The notes beneath the pieces are model-generated. The model saw only the letters and a program-made list of their open reading frames with translations, was not told the DNA's origin and made no database searches. Of a stretch of DNA of 64,000 bases, positions 1 through 12,339 are shown piece after piece. A program made the translations under genes and the position numbers. This DNA comes from Malacoraja senta. Taxonomy: Eukaryota. The stretch is from the NCBI GenBank assembly GCA_038087875.1, contig CM075990.1, positions 15,750,001 through 15,814,000 on the forward strand, in the 5' to 3' direction. Numbering within the stretch: position 1 is the stretch's first letter; every line of letters starts with the position of its first letter.

Positions 1-189
1 GAGTGGTAAATGTCCTCCAGAGGGGGCAGGGGGAGTCCAATGATACCCTGGGCAGTTTTTATCACCCTCTGAAGAGCTGCTCTGTCAGCTGCTGAACAGT
101 TCCCAAACCAGGCATCCACACCAATATTCCATTGCAGTGACTTCAGAGGCAGAGTTCCCACACTGCCACCACCTGGCAGTTCCCACGTT

Positions 190-407
190 GCCTGTGTGAA
201 GTTTCCACGTTCGGGCGTATCAGTTTCCTCCCACACCCCAATGTCGTGTGTGTTTGTAGGTTAATTGGCTTCTGTAAATTGTCCCTAGTGTGTAGGGAGT
301 GGTTGAGAATGTGGGAAAACATAAAACTAGTGTGAGCTGATGAATGGTGGTCCGCGTTGACCCAGTGGGCCGTGGGGCTTGCTGCCATGCTGTGTCTCTA
401 AAACTAA
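190..407 (+). mobile_element. HE1/V-SINE, 5'-truncated
   Basis: gtttcctcccaca...ggttaattggc core and a tctctaaaactaaa tail. Confidence 0.8.
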
Positions 408-948
408 ATTCAGCATCAACTACAACTGTCTTGGAATGGATAGAGAATCATGTCCGTTTGAGGTCGTTGTTATCCAGTCACCAACTACTCAACTTTATGC
501 CATTGACAGTTCAGCGACTTTGCCAGGTAAACATGTGTTACATTAGCAGCTATGATTTACTCAACCATGGAGCTTGCCCAGAGAATTATTTAATTATGTA
601 CAATGCTTCCACTACTTAGTAATTATGTTTTGGAATAAAATGTGCATGCCACTATTAGTCTGCCAACATAAAAGGTTGGTATAAGAATCAGTGAAGCAGA
701 ATTGCTTATTTGAATGTAAATCACACATTTGAACAAAGTGGTTTATTCTTCAAATGATACCCAGATATTAGAGAGTGCAATAATTATCCACAACCCAACT
801 TAAACCAAACAAATAAAATATTTAACCAACATCAAGGAAACTAAAAAGAAATGCATGATACACACGATCTTAGGTGGCATCTTACTTATAAAATAGGAAG
901 ATCATGTGAAGGATGCACTGTGCTATTAATCCTGAGGTCTTTAGCTGA

Positions 949-1477
949 ATCTCCCCATTGGATTGCAACCTTGTCGTGGTCGGGGAGCTTGTGTGTCTCA
1001 GTGACCCCTAGAGCTATGACAGCGGGAGATTTGTCTCCTGTTAGGGTCTCCCATGCTGGACAGGTCGAAGGGTAGAGGCGAGACGAAGAGCGATCCACTG
1101 GTCCTCCAGGTTGGAGGTTGAGCACAGGGCTAACAACCCTGTCTCGTAAAACAAATATGTTACAGAACCAGCAACTGAAGGAATCAACACTATTGGGCGT
1201 GACGGACTTCAGGGCTATCGACAGATGCTAGGATGAATGTCAATGGTGAAGCGAACCGGACAGCATCCCAAGAATAGCCCTGCACTGGACACCAGAAGGG
1301 AAAAGGAAAAGAGGGAGACCCAAAACCACCTGGCGTCGAACTGTAGAGGAGGAAATGAAAACAATGGACCTGACCTGGGGTAGTCTCCAGAAGCTAGCCC
1401 AGAACAGACAGGAGTGGAGGACCTTCGTTGCTGCCCTACACACCAGGAAGCATAATAGGCAGTGAGTAAGTAAGAAA
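949..1477 (+). mobile_element. Internally deleted (bipartite) RTE-clade non-LTR element
   Basis: An RTE/Bov-A-like 5' UTR (ccttgtcgtgg...gagctatg...tccactgg) is fused to an ORF C-terminus (SIPRIALHWTPEGKRKRGRPKTTWRRTVEEEMK...WRTFVAAL) and a (gtaa)n tail. 12-bp TSD gtctttagctga at 937-948 and 1478-1489. Confidence 0.85.
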
Positions 1478-2559
1478 GTCTTTAGCTGATTAAAACTTGT
1501 GAGTTTATACGATTTCACCCAAGAAAAGTGATATTTTGCACAGTAACGTCGGCAGAACCATACAAGAGAAGTCTTGTAATTGCAGCTCAGAATCTTATTC
1601 CCCCCCCTTTACTGTTTTACTGTTTGCAGCCTCTTCCCATCAATTCAAGAGAAATCAATCAGACTGATGTGGATTTTTCACATTAACAAAGTAGCAGAAC
1701 CATGAAATGTACTGAAAATCTTATGCGTTGTCACATGAAATACAAGTGAATTTTTAATGGCCCACTCAACCACGATCAATGCCAATCAACTAATTTTAAG
1801 TAGGTGTAATGGAATTTTTCTTACATTAATATTTAAAAATAAGCATCTTTAATTGCCTACATTTTTATTCATTACATTTCAGCATTCATTTTAACTGTGA
1901 TTTTACACACACTCCATAAAATGTTTCAAAAGGTGATTTAAAAGCCTTATTGTTTGGCTTTCTGTGAGAGAATTCTTTCATCTGATTGGCAGCTTTCACA
2001 TCTTGATAACATCACAGTTTCTGGGTGTCAAGGTGCAATTGCAGCTGAAGGGCAGTATGGTGGTGCCTTACAGCGCCAAAGACCCGGGTTCAATCTTGAC
2101 CTTGCGTGCTGTCTGTACGTTCTCCCCGTGACCTGGGTCTCTTTTTGCTGGGGTGCTCCGGTTTCCTTCCACACTCCAAAGACGTACAGGTTTGTAGGTT
2201 GATTGGCTTCGGTAAAATTATGAATTATAAATCACTGAAGTGTAACTGTTTGTTAATCCCTATCTTTTCCTCTGTACGCAAATAAACTAGTTGCTTAATA
2301 CATTGCCAGTTGGCTAATATGTTGACTTGCTAGAGTCTCCAAGAGCTAACATTCCTTTCATTAATTCTTAAGTTCCGTAAACATTTGCTATTAGTTTTGT
2401 TATTATTTCAAGTTTGTTTCCATATTCCAAGTTTTCAAGCTTGTGCTACAATGACGAGAACTATAATATGTACACTGTATCTTCCGCTTTGCTCTATCAA
2501 TTGTACCAGAGCTTGTCTTGTTTGTATTTATGTATAGTATATCTGATTTTGAGCAGACT

Positions 2560-2838
2560 ATAGAGATACAGCGTGGGAACAGGCTGTTTGGCCCACCGAA
2601 TCCTTGCCGACCAGCAATCACCCCGAACACAAACGCTATACACAAGGGACAATTTTACCAAAACCAATTATCCTAAAAAGATGTACGTTTTTGGAGTGTG
2701 GGAGAAACTGGAGCACCCGGGGGAAACCCACACGGTCACTGAGAACGTACAAGCTCTATACAGACAGCAGGCATAATCAGGATCGAACCCGGGTCTCTGG
2801 CGCTGTAAGGCAGCAACTCTATCACTGCGCCACTGTGC
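2560..2838 (-). mobile_element. HE1/V-SINE (tRNA-derived)
   Basis: Reverse-strand A box and B box (ggttcgatcc), V-SINE core and CR1-like tail. Confidence 0.85.
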
Positions 2839-2879
2839 TGCTTGGTTGGATAGCATGCAAAACAATCCATTTTACTGTA

Positions 2880-3064
2880 GGTAGACAAAAATGCTGGAGA
2901 AACTCAGCGGGTGCAGCAGCATCTATGGAGCGAAGGAAATAGGCAACGTTTCGGCCCGAAACGTTGCCTATTTCCTTCGCTCCATAGATGCTGCTGCACC
3001 CGCTAAGTTTCTCCAGCACTTTTGTCAACTTTCGATTTTCCAGCATCTGCAGTTCCTTCTTAAA
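2880..3064. mobile_element. Penelope-like-derived fold-back insert
   Basis: 71-bp inverted arms (2884-3026) centred at 2955. 13-bp TSD ccattttactgta at 2867-2879 and 3065-3077. Confidence 0.85.
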
Positions 3065-3649
3065 CCATTTTACTGTACCTCAGTATACATGACAATAATA
3101 AGCCTAAACCCTTTGGCTGTGTCCTGTATATGTCCCAGTCTGTTACATCACTGATTTCCATGATATATTTCAGCTGCTTCTTTTGGCTTGTTCCTGATAT
3201 TCCTTTATAGCTTATTGGCTATATTGTTTTTGGCCTTTGGACAGAGGATTTTTTTTCCTCTGATGTGCAATATGTTTTTGAACATCTCCCACTGTTTGTA
3301 TAATGTGCGACTAAAGCCTTGTGCTCCAGAACTATCTGCTTCTCAAGCCAACCTGTTCCAGTAGTATCACCATATTCATCGACTGAACACTGACATCGAC
3401 TCAACAATGTGGGAAATCGTCCGAGGAAGGGTCTCGACCCAAAACGTCACCTATTCCCTTTCTCCAGAGATGCTGTCTGAGCCGCTGAGTTACTCCAGCT
3501 TTTTGTGTCTGTCTTGGGAAATTGGCCAGATATGTGCCATTCTTATAAAGAGAACCCCAATCTCAATAATGATCACCTGACCTGACATGCCCACTCTCAA
3601 TCAAAGGGATGAAGGATGGCACCAATATTGCTCCCAGGCAACATTTACT

Positions 3650-3962
3650 TGCCAAAGTTCATGGTGGGTTTTCTGAAGACCACTTAGCACCAGAGCTCCT
3701 GGTTCAACAATCAACCAAGAAAAGCTGGATTCCAGAGGTGAAGTGAAAGCGATTTTCCTCGACATCAAAGATGCATTTAACTGAAGAGGCCAGGCATAAG
3801 TGAAGACAGAGGACATCAAGAGGAATAAACACTGCAATGGGTGGAGTCGTATTTTGCAAAATGGAAGATGGTAATGCTTCTTGCCGGTCAGTTGTCCCAG
3901 AGTCACCACATCAGGGCAGTGACCTTGACCCAACCATCTTCACCTGCTGCATCAATGACTTT
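3650..3962 (+). mobile_element. Old CR1-type RT fragment
   Basis: Decayed RT motifs: LDSRGEVKAIFLDIKDAF and QGSDLDPTIFTCCIND. Confidence 0.65.
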
Positions 3963-3980
3963 GAAAGGTCAGATGTTTCG

Positions 3981-4602
3981 TTTAGTTTAGTTTAGAGATA
4001 CAGCGCAGAAACTGGCCCTTCGGCCCACCGAGTCCGCACCGACCAGCGATCCCTGTGCACTAACACTATCCTGAACACACTGGGGACAATTTACAATTTA
4101 ACCAAGCCAATTAGCCTTGGCAGTGTGGGAGGGAACTGGAGCTCCTGGAGAAAACCCAGGCAGGTCAGCACGGGGCGGCACAGTGGCGCAGTGGTAGAGT
4201 TGCTGCCTTACTGCGAACGCAGCGCCAGAGACCCGGGTTCGATCCCGACTACGGGTGCTGTCTGTACAGAGTTTGTACGTTCACCCCGTGACCTGCGTGG
4301 GTTATCTCCGAGATCTTCAGTTTCCTCCCACACTCCAAAGGCGTGCAGGTATGTAGGTTAATTGGCTTGGTTAATGTAAGCATTGTCTCTAGTGGGTGTA
4401 GGACGGTGTTAATGTGCGGGGATCGCTGGTCGGCGCGGACCCGGTGGGCCGAAGAGCCTGTTTCCATGCTGTATGTCTGAACTAGACTAAAAAGGTCACG
4501 AGGAGAATGTGCAAACTCCGTACAGACAGCACCCGTAGTCAGGATCAAACCCTGGTCTCTGGTGCTGTAAGGCAGCAACTCTACCGCTGCACCACCGTGC
4601 CA
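3981..4602. mobile_element. Nested HE1/V-SINEs: plus-strand copy (4173-4490) inside a minus-strand copy
   Basis: The minus copy is split into 3981-4170 and 4493-4602. The inner copy is full length with A and B boxes. Confidence 0.85.
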
Positions 4603-5327
4603 CGGCGATGTGGGGCTATTCAATGACAATGTTACCATGTTCCATTCCATTCACAACTCTGCAGCAGATAAGGAGACCATGCCTGCAGGCAGCAGGGCAG
4701 AGACAATACGTATTGTTTACTAAGTGACAAGTAGTCCATGCGCCACTAAACCTCCAAGCAACCATTAACCCATCACAAGGGAAGCTTGCCGCAGTAAGTA
4801 TTTCACTGCTTTTTCATCATCATTGGGTCTAACTCCTGTATTGATGTGGGAGCACCTTCACCAGAAGGACAGCATATGACAAGTTCAGATGAAAGGACAA
4901 AAACCTGAAACATTAACATTGTTCCTCTTTCCACAGATAATGACGGATCAGCTAGAGTGTTTGAAGCATTTTGTGTTTTATTTTAGATTTCCAGCCACAG
5001 TTGTGGACGTTTGCTGTTGAGTTTTTGAGAAGTAAATTCTGTTCTTCAACAGTACAATGCCGTCCCTCCTGTAATGTCTCTTTCTTTGACAAGAACAAAA
5101 CTCCTCGTCACAAAACCTTGAAGGAACTCTTAACTTAATTTGGACAAAAACGCTCTATGTTTCACACTGTACAGAGCTGCTCAAGATGGTGTGATGAATG
5201 ATGTTACCACATAAACTTTACAGAGATCATGAGAGAACAGAGAAATATTGATGTTGCTGTGTGACGTTGAATAAAGCATTGCTGTTTCAGTAAGTGGCAT
5301 CTTCAACTCTACAAAAGCAATTGTGGA

Positions 5328-5467
5328 ATAGAAACATAGAAAATAGGTGCAGGAGTAGGCCATTTGGTTCTTCAAGCCAGCACCGTCATCCAATATGATC
5401 ATGGCTGATCATCTAAAATCAGTACCCCATTGCTGCTTTTTCCCCATATCCCTTGATTCCTTTAGCC
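5328..5467 (-). mobile_element. CR1 (HER1-like) 3' end
   Basis: atagaaacatagaaaataggtgcaggagtaggccatt tail in reverse orientation. Confidence 0.8.
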
Positions 5468-5655
5468 CAGGGGTTCCCGACCTTTTTAGTCCCTTTACCC
5501 CCTGGCAACTTTTCGAAAGTAAATTTACCCCCACCCTGTTTTGTTCAGTAAGTTGAGTTTACACTTCGACCATAATAAAGCAACTGACAAAGGGGACATT
5601 TTAAAATACTGTTTTCAACAAACCCAGATTCAACAAATTTACCCCCCGGGTAGGC
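5468..5655. mobile_element. hAT-like MITE, left end
   Basis: caggggttcccgacc terminus and repeated tttacccc subterminal motifs. No matching right TIR seen. Confidence 0.5.
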
Positions 5656-6252
5656 AAAATCTCAACCCCATTCTCCCGCCCAAAACTGCTCACAATACTC
5701 CAAATGCAGTTTGACCAGTGCCTTATAAAGCCACAACAACCTCTTGGCTATCATACCACACTGGAGTAACTGCTTCAGCTGCCAGTCAGAGTCTCTAGAT
5801 TCCATCCATAAACCATTCTGCTCCTCAGTCTGTAAAAACACCTCAAATCTATCTCATTGATCAAACTTTTGAACATTTGTCTTAAGATCATCTTATGTAG
5901 GTCAGGTTCAGATTCTTCTTGTATCTCCCGGAGGAGCCTTGAGATATTTTTGTTAAAGGTTACAGACTTTCTATATTTATTTTCTTTCTCCTTTATTTGG
6001 ACTTCAGCAGGATAGATATGTGGTGGAATAGAAACAAATATTTAATTCCTTGACATGTAATGTCCTTGAAAAAAAATGTTCATATTCTATATTAAATGGC
6101 AATGGAATATTGAATTAACGGCACATTTCATTAAAGCACACTCCATTAGAGTAACCAATTTCAATGGCAGGTTTGAAATGAGTGGATTCCTCTTCACTAA
6201 AAGGAGTGTCCTGTCAGTACCTCTGTAGCCTGAAGGAACAGTTTCTCTGCAT

Positions 6253-6347
6253 CAGTCTGAAGAAGGGCCTCGACCCGAAACGTCATCAATTCCTTCTCTC
6301 CAGACATGCTGCCTGTCCCGCTGAGTTACTCCAGCATTTTGAGTCTA
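6253..6347 (+). mobile_element. Penelope-like pLTR fragment with hammerhead-like core
   Basis: ctgaagaagggcctcgacccgaaacgtc at 6257-6284, followed by the family tail gctgagttactccagc. Confidence 0.75.
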
Positions 6348-8284
6348 TTCCCTCCATCATTCATTCCCTGAATCCAGGGGATTGAATACTGGAGTGACAT
6401 TGCACCAACATATGGGTTGGCAAAGGAGCTCAGATGTCGAGCTGCTTCCTCACCGTGCAGTGAAGCCAGTTCGATCCTGACCTCTGGTGCTGGCTGAATG
6501 GAGTCTGCATGAAATGGCATGGGTTTTACATTGAAGAAAGACACACAAAAAAATGGAGCAGGTCAAAAACACAGCAGGTCAGGCAGCATCTTTGAACAAA
6601 AGGTGATGTTTCGTGTCGAGAACCTTCTTCAGAATTCTGGGTTTTAGATTGCTAGGACCTGCACACACGAGTGTTCTCTTCCCCCCTCCACCATCGCTCT
6701 CTCCCCCCACCCCCCCCCCCCCCCCCACAAACCAGGTCACTGTTCTCCAACTCCACTGACGCTCACCCTCAACTCTACCTATGAGGTAAATGACCACACT
6801 CCTATATCACTGACACTCCATCCAGGAGGTTGCTGCCCAATCCCCATAGCTCCCACAATCTCATAGCTCCCACACTCCTCACCAAGGAAGTTGTTCCCCA
6901 CCATCCCCTCCCCAGGCATTTGCAGCTCTCTACACACCACCCCTTACATGGAAGGCCACTGTCCAACCCTTCTCAGAGGTCACTGCCCGTCCTTCCACTC
7001 CCCCTGCCCACTTCGGAGATATTGCCCCATCATGAAGCCACCAACAGAGAGCTTAATCCTCAGTTTGTGTGCATGGATCAGCGTTGCTCCTTCACAACGG
7101 GTAAAGCTTCTTCCTGCACTATCAGTGACTAACGTGACCTTGAGGTGGCGAATGGGCGAGATTAAATCTGCCCAGCAGCTCACAGCTCTCAGATGTTAGA
7201 GCATACTGTGCGTGCGGAGACAGTCGTGACCGGTGAACTCATTGGCAAGCGAAGATGTGACAAGTAAATTAATAGGGCTATGAGGAATTATAATCACACG
7301 TCTAGAAAGCATGGGCTCTGTGTATATAGCGAGCTGCCTTCAATAAGATAAACCATCCATTTGAAAAGAACTGAATAAACACCGAAGAATGTTTACATAC
7401 AGACGGGATTACATGTTCCAAAGTAAACCATGACGTTTCAAGATTGGAAGCACAGATGTATCAAGTGTAGACGTAATTGGTCCAAATTAAGTGAACAGAG
7501 TTTAGATTAATTATCAACTATGGTTCGTTCAATTACTTTCGGCAATTAGGAACTTCATCAGATATGTGGTGGAATAGAACCAAGTAGTAATATCCTTGAT
7601 ATGTAATGAGTCCTTGAAAAAAAAAGTTCGTATTCTATATAAAATTCTATTTTCCTCAATTGTCATGTATATCGGTCTGCAGGTGATATTCAGTCTTCCA
7701 TTCGCTTCCAAGCAAGTTTTCAATCTGCCACCATCTTTGTGTGGTTCAGAGGACTGTGATTGACTGTGTGACAGCTGGTAATCGGCCCTCAATACCGAAT
7801 GTAATTCAACAGGACAGGTCCTGGCAGGTTTTCTCAGAGTGCTGCTGAATCCCTGGTTTGTTTTCGGTTTGAGAAATAAAAGGGACCGCAGCAGGAGCTA
7901 AATTTATATTTTTTCTTCGCACTGTAATTTCCGAAGTCTGAAATGAGCACAACATGAAGGAACACTGCCCCAGAGGCTGGGTTGCGAGCTGAAAATTAAC
8001 TTGCAAGCTGAAGCCAGCTCTGTATAAACTTGCTTTGTGTACCCAAGGTCAGACTGGCAAGTGCTCACTCTCACGTCTGCCTTTGCTGATCTGGAATCCA
8101 AAAGAATTGTGGATTTGTTAAAACTCAGAAAGAGAACCATCAGTCTGTCAAGTCAATGCTCGGGGATTAAGCCCATCAGAACCATTCCAAGAGCCTTACA
8201 AATTCTCTCTCCAATGCTGATCCAATTTTCTTGAAGGGCACGGAATGATCTTGTTTCCTCCGCAGTTCCAAATTTTAGTTAGGG

Positions 8285-8790
8285 TAGCTTATTGTCACGT
8301 GTACCGAGATACAGCAAAAAAGTTTTTGTTTGCGTGCTATCCAGTTAAAGAAAACACTATATATGAATACAATTAAACCGTCCACAGCTTACAGATAAAG
8401 GTACAACATTTAATGCAAGATATAACACAGTAGTCTGAAAATGACTAATTAAAGATAGTGTAAAGGTCTCCAATGAGGTAGATGGAAAGTCAGGACTGCA
8501 CTCCATTTGATGAGAGGACCATTCCAGCTGTCTGATAACAGCTGGGAAGAAACTGCCCCTGAATCTGGAGGTGTGCGTTTACCTCTTGCCTGGGAGAGAG
8601 TGCAGGTGAGACTCCTCCTTGATTATGCTGGTGGCCTTGCCGAGGTAGTGTGAAGTGAAATTCTAACAACTCTCTGATTAAGGCTGTAGTTTTCACATCC
8701 TGCCCTGCATACTTTTCCACAAAATCTCTAATTCTTGATGCTACGACCAAGAAAGCACTTCAATGCCTTGACTTCCTCAGAAGACTAAGG
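8285..8790 (-). mobile_element. Rex/Babar LINE 3' fragments
   Basis: ttattgtcacgtgtaccgag tail and ctgataacagctgggaagaaact (SFFPAVIR in reverse). Confidence 0.7.
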
Positions 8791-9502
8791 CAAATCGGCA
8801 CACAGTCAATAACTATCAATGTAGACAATGTGACAGAAATGAGCTGGAGACAGACTGGTTATCTCACCGACTGCTGATGTTGCTGTCAAAGCTACATGGT
8901 AACATTATGCGGCGAATTGGCTGAGAGATATTTTGGGATGTGAGAATAAGAAATGCCATGCATTAATCTCATTCATTCATTATAATGCTCTGAGCAGCAA
9001 CAGCAAAACTTGTGGGAATACATCTGTTTCTGCAGTAGTTTGGAGTTATGCATCGTCTCTTGCTGAATTGTCATGCATATTGGTCTACTGGTCATCTAGA
9101 TGTCAAGCAATGTATTCCACAAACTAATGCACATGAACTCCCTCAGCTCCGTCCTGAATCCATGCTGCCATGACCACTCGGAGGCCAAGGGCTTTAGTTA
9201 AAAACTGCCAGAGTGAAAAGGAACGGGCAAGCACCTCTTCGTAACTGCATTTCAAAGCACAGTTCCCACCCCAATTCCTGCTCACATACGAACGTAATGC
9301 AAGTAGTAACAGCAATTGGGCAGAATACCACCACTACCACCCCAATCGCACCCCCACCTCAAGCCAGCTCCACCCTTCAGTACATTATGGCTGCTCTGTG
9401 CGATTGTTGGCTTTGAGTCCATTCTTCTCCACAATCCCCACCACAGCTACACTCTATCTCAAATTCCCATGGATCTCCAGTCTCCAACACTCTCTAACAA
9501 AG

Positions 9503-9567
<65 letters not shown>
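9503..9567. repeat. (CAT)n microsatellite
   Basis: About 21 perfect units. Confidence 0.98.
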
Positions 9568-10257
9568 AGAACTCCTCCTCATCATCTTCTTGATTGGTTG
9601 TCCCCTGGTCCTGAAGTTATACTTTTTTGTCCTTGTTTTCCCCCCCAAACTTCCTCTCAACATCCAACTTGTCGAGCTGCCACATGATCTAAGTAATAAC
9701 AGGGATTTCTGAGTCAAACTGATTGACTGGAAGGAAACAGAGTTATTGTTTCCCAATTATGACCTTTCCTCGTAGTTCTACGTGTTTCAATAAATTCAGC
9801 TCCCATTCCTGTGAACACCGATGAGTAGCAGCCCAACATGCCCAGCCATTCCTCATAAACCATTCCCCACTCACCCCAGCAACCTCCCCAAAACCATTTC
9901 CAATACAAGTAAATCCTTCCTTAATTCAGGAGACCCAGAGCTAGACAATCATCCAAGTCTGATCACAGCCTCCCTTACAACAGTATCAGCACATCCCTAT
10001 GTTAGTGATACAAGAAGTTGCAGGTGCTGGAACCTTGAGCAAAACCCAAGGTGCTGGAGGAACTCACCAGGTCAGGAAGCATCTGGGGAGGGATTGGACA
10101 GGCGATGTTTTGGGTCAGGCCATTGCTTCAGACCCTTCATCTGTACTTTTGAATTCCATTCCCTTGCAATAAAGGTCACCTTTCAACTTCAGTTCCCAAT
10201 TGTTTGCTGCACCTGCACGTCTACAGTCTGTTCTCTTGTGCAAGTTCTGCAAAGGCA

Positions 10258-10972
10258 ATAGACAATAGACAATAGGTGCAGGAGTAGGCCATTCGGCCCT
10301 TCGAGCCAGCACCGCCATTCAATGTGATCATGGCTGATCATCCCCAATCAGTACCCCGTTCCTGCCTTGTCCCCATATCCCCTGACCGCTATCTTTAAGA
10401 GCCCTATCCAGCTCTCTCTTGAAAGCATCCAGAGAACCTGCCTCCACAATTCCATGCCCTAACCCCTGACCTTTCTCAACACCAATCCAACCCAGACCTG
10501 GGACAGTGGAGTGAATTCTCCAGCACACTTCATACATTATAGAGGCAGCGAATTCCACAGACTCACAACTCTCTGTGAGGAAAAAGTGTTTCCTCGTCTC
10601 CGTTCTAAATGGCTTACCCCTTATTCTTAAACTGTGGCCCCTGGTTCTGGACTCCCCCAACATCAGCAGAGAATTCCACAGACTCACAACTCTCTGTGAG
10701 GACAAAGTGTTTCCTCGTCTCCATTCTAAATGGCTTACCCCTTATTCTTAAACTGTGGCCCCTGGTTCTGGACTCCCCCAACATCGGCAGAGAATTCCAC
10801 AGACTCACAACTCTCTGTGAGGAAAAAGTGTTTCCTCGTCTCCGTTCTAAATGGCTTACCCCTTATTCTCAAACTGTTGTCCCTGGTTCTGGACTCCCCC
10901 AACATCGGGAACATGTTTCCTGCATCCAGCATGTCCAAACCCTTAACAATCTTATATGTTTCAATAAGATCC
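10258..10972 (-). mobile_element. CR1 3' fragment with an internal 121-bp triplication and a foreign insert
   Basis: ESRTRGHSLRIRG...RVVSLWNSL motifs. aattccacag recurs at 10551, 10672 and 10793. Confidence 0.9.
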
Positions 10973-11244
10973 GGGAAGGCAGGGAAGTTGAAATCTGGGT
11001 CAATCAATCCATTGACAGAATCCATCACCACATATTCTAATGCCACCAAATTGAACTGGCAATACTTCTGCTATATATAACTAGGTCAGTTTTCCAACTT
11101 AAAATGCGTTATGTGAAAAAAATGTACACAGTCTTCTTGCTAAATTAGAATACATTTTAGGTCATGGCATGGATTTCAGCTAAATTAGCACAAACCCAAT
11201 TGTTCAGCTCCAACTGTGCTAAGCTATTTCCCTTGCTGCTTATT

Positions 11245-11364
11245 AAAGAGTCAAGAGTGTTTTATTGTCATATGTCCCAGATAGAACAATGAAATTCTTA
11301 CCTGCTGCAGCACAACAGAATATGTAAACAAAGTTCATACTCACCAGTACACACACATATATAC

Positions 11365-11396
<32 letters not shown>

Positions 11397-11450
11397 ACAT
11401 ATACACATATGTATATATACACACATATATATACATATACATATACATAC

Positions 11451-11492
<42 letters not shown>

Positions 11493-11493
11493 A

Positions 11494-11526
<33 letters not shown>

Positions 11527-12143
11527 GCACGTGTGTGCGTATATAGATATATAGATATATAGATATATAGATATACATATACACACACATACTCCAAACA
11601 CAAACAATAGTAGTGCAATAATAATAATAATAATGGTCTATTGTAGTTCACAGCTTATTCCAGGATGTAGTGTTTAATAGCCTGATGGCTGTAGGGAAGA
11701 AGCTGTTCCAGAACCTGGACAGGCCCCTGTACCTTATTCCCAATGGCGGTGGTGAAATGAGTGTGTGGCCAGGATGGTGTGGGTCTCTGATGATGCTGGT
11801 TGCTTTTTTGAAGCAGTGACGCAGATAAATCCCTTGGATGGTGGGGAGGTCAGAGCCGGTGACGGACTGGGCAGTGTTCACAACTTGTTGCAGTCTTTTC
11901 CGCTCCTGGACGATAAAGTTGCCGAATCAGGCCACGATGCAACCAGTCAATGTGCTCTCTACTGTACACCTGTAGAAGGTCAAGAAAATCCTCTTTGACA
12001 TACCGAATCTCCTTAATCATCTCAGGAAGTAGAGGCATTGATGTGCTTTATATATAATTGCATCAGTGTGCTGGATCCAGGAAAGATCTTCAGAAATATG
12101 CACGCCCAGGAATTTGAAGTTTTTGACTCTCTCCACCATCCCC
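11245..12143 (-). mobile_element. Rex/Babar LINE 3' fragment containing a compound microsatellite (11345-11590)
   Basis: ORF remnant TAQSVTGSDLPTIQGIY...IIRDPHHPGH...NSFFPTAIRLLN, with a caataaaacactcttgact tail. Confidence 0.85.
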
Positions 12144-12339
12144 ATCTCTGCTCTGTATTGTGTAAAGTGGCGTCACAGGTAGACAGGGTGGTCATTGCTG
12201 CCCTGGTCCTTTTCATTGGCTTCGGTCTCTGATCTGAAACATCAACCTGTTCCTTTCTCCACAGATGCTGCCTGGCCTGCCAAGTCCCACTATATATTTT
12301 TTGCTTTTAGCTTCCAGTTATCTTCAATGGTGCTCCTAA

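Noticed and set aside
4173..4250. tRNA gene-like A/B boxes (many copies)
   Set aside because: They are SINE heads that continue into V-SINE bodies, with no complete cloverleaf.
9316..9712. Poly-His / poly-Ser ORFs
   Set aside because: They are translations of a (CAT)n microsatellite.
10545..10907. Regular repeats resembling a CRISPR array
   Set aside because: There are no unique spacers. It is a tandem triplication of CR1 sequence in a vertebrate intron.
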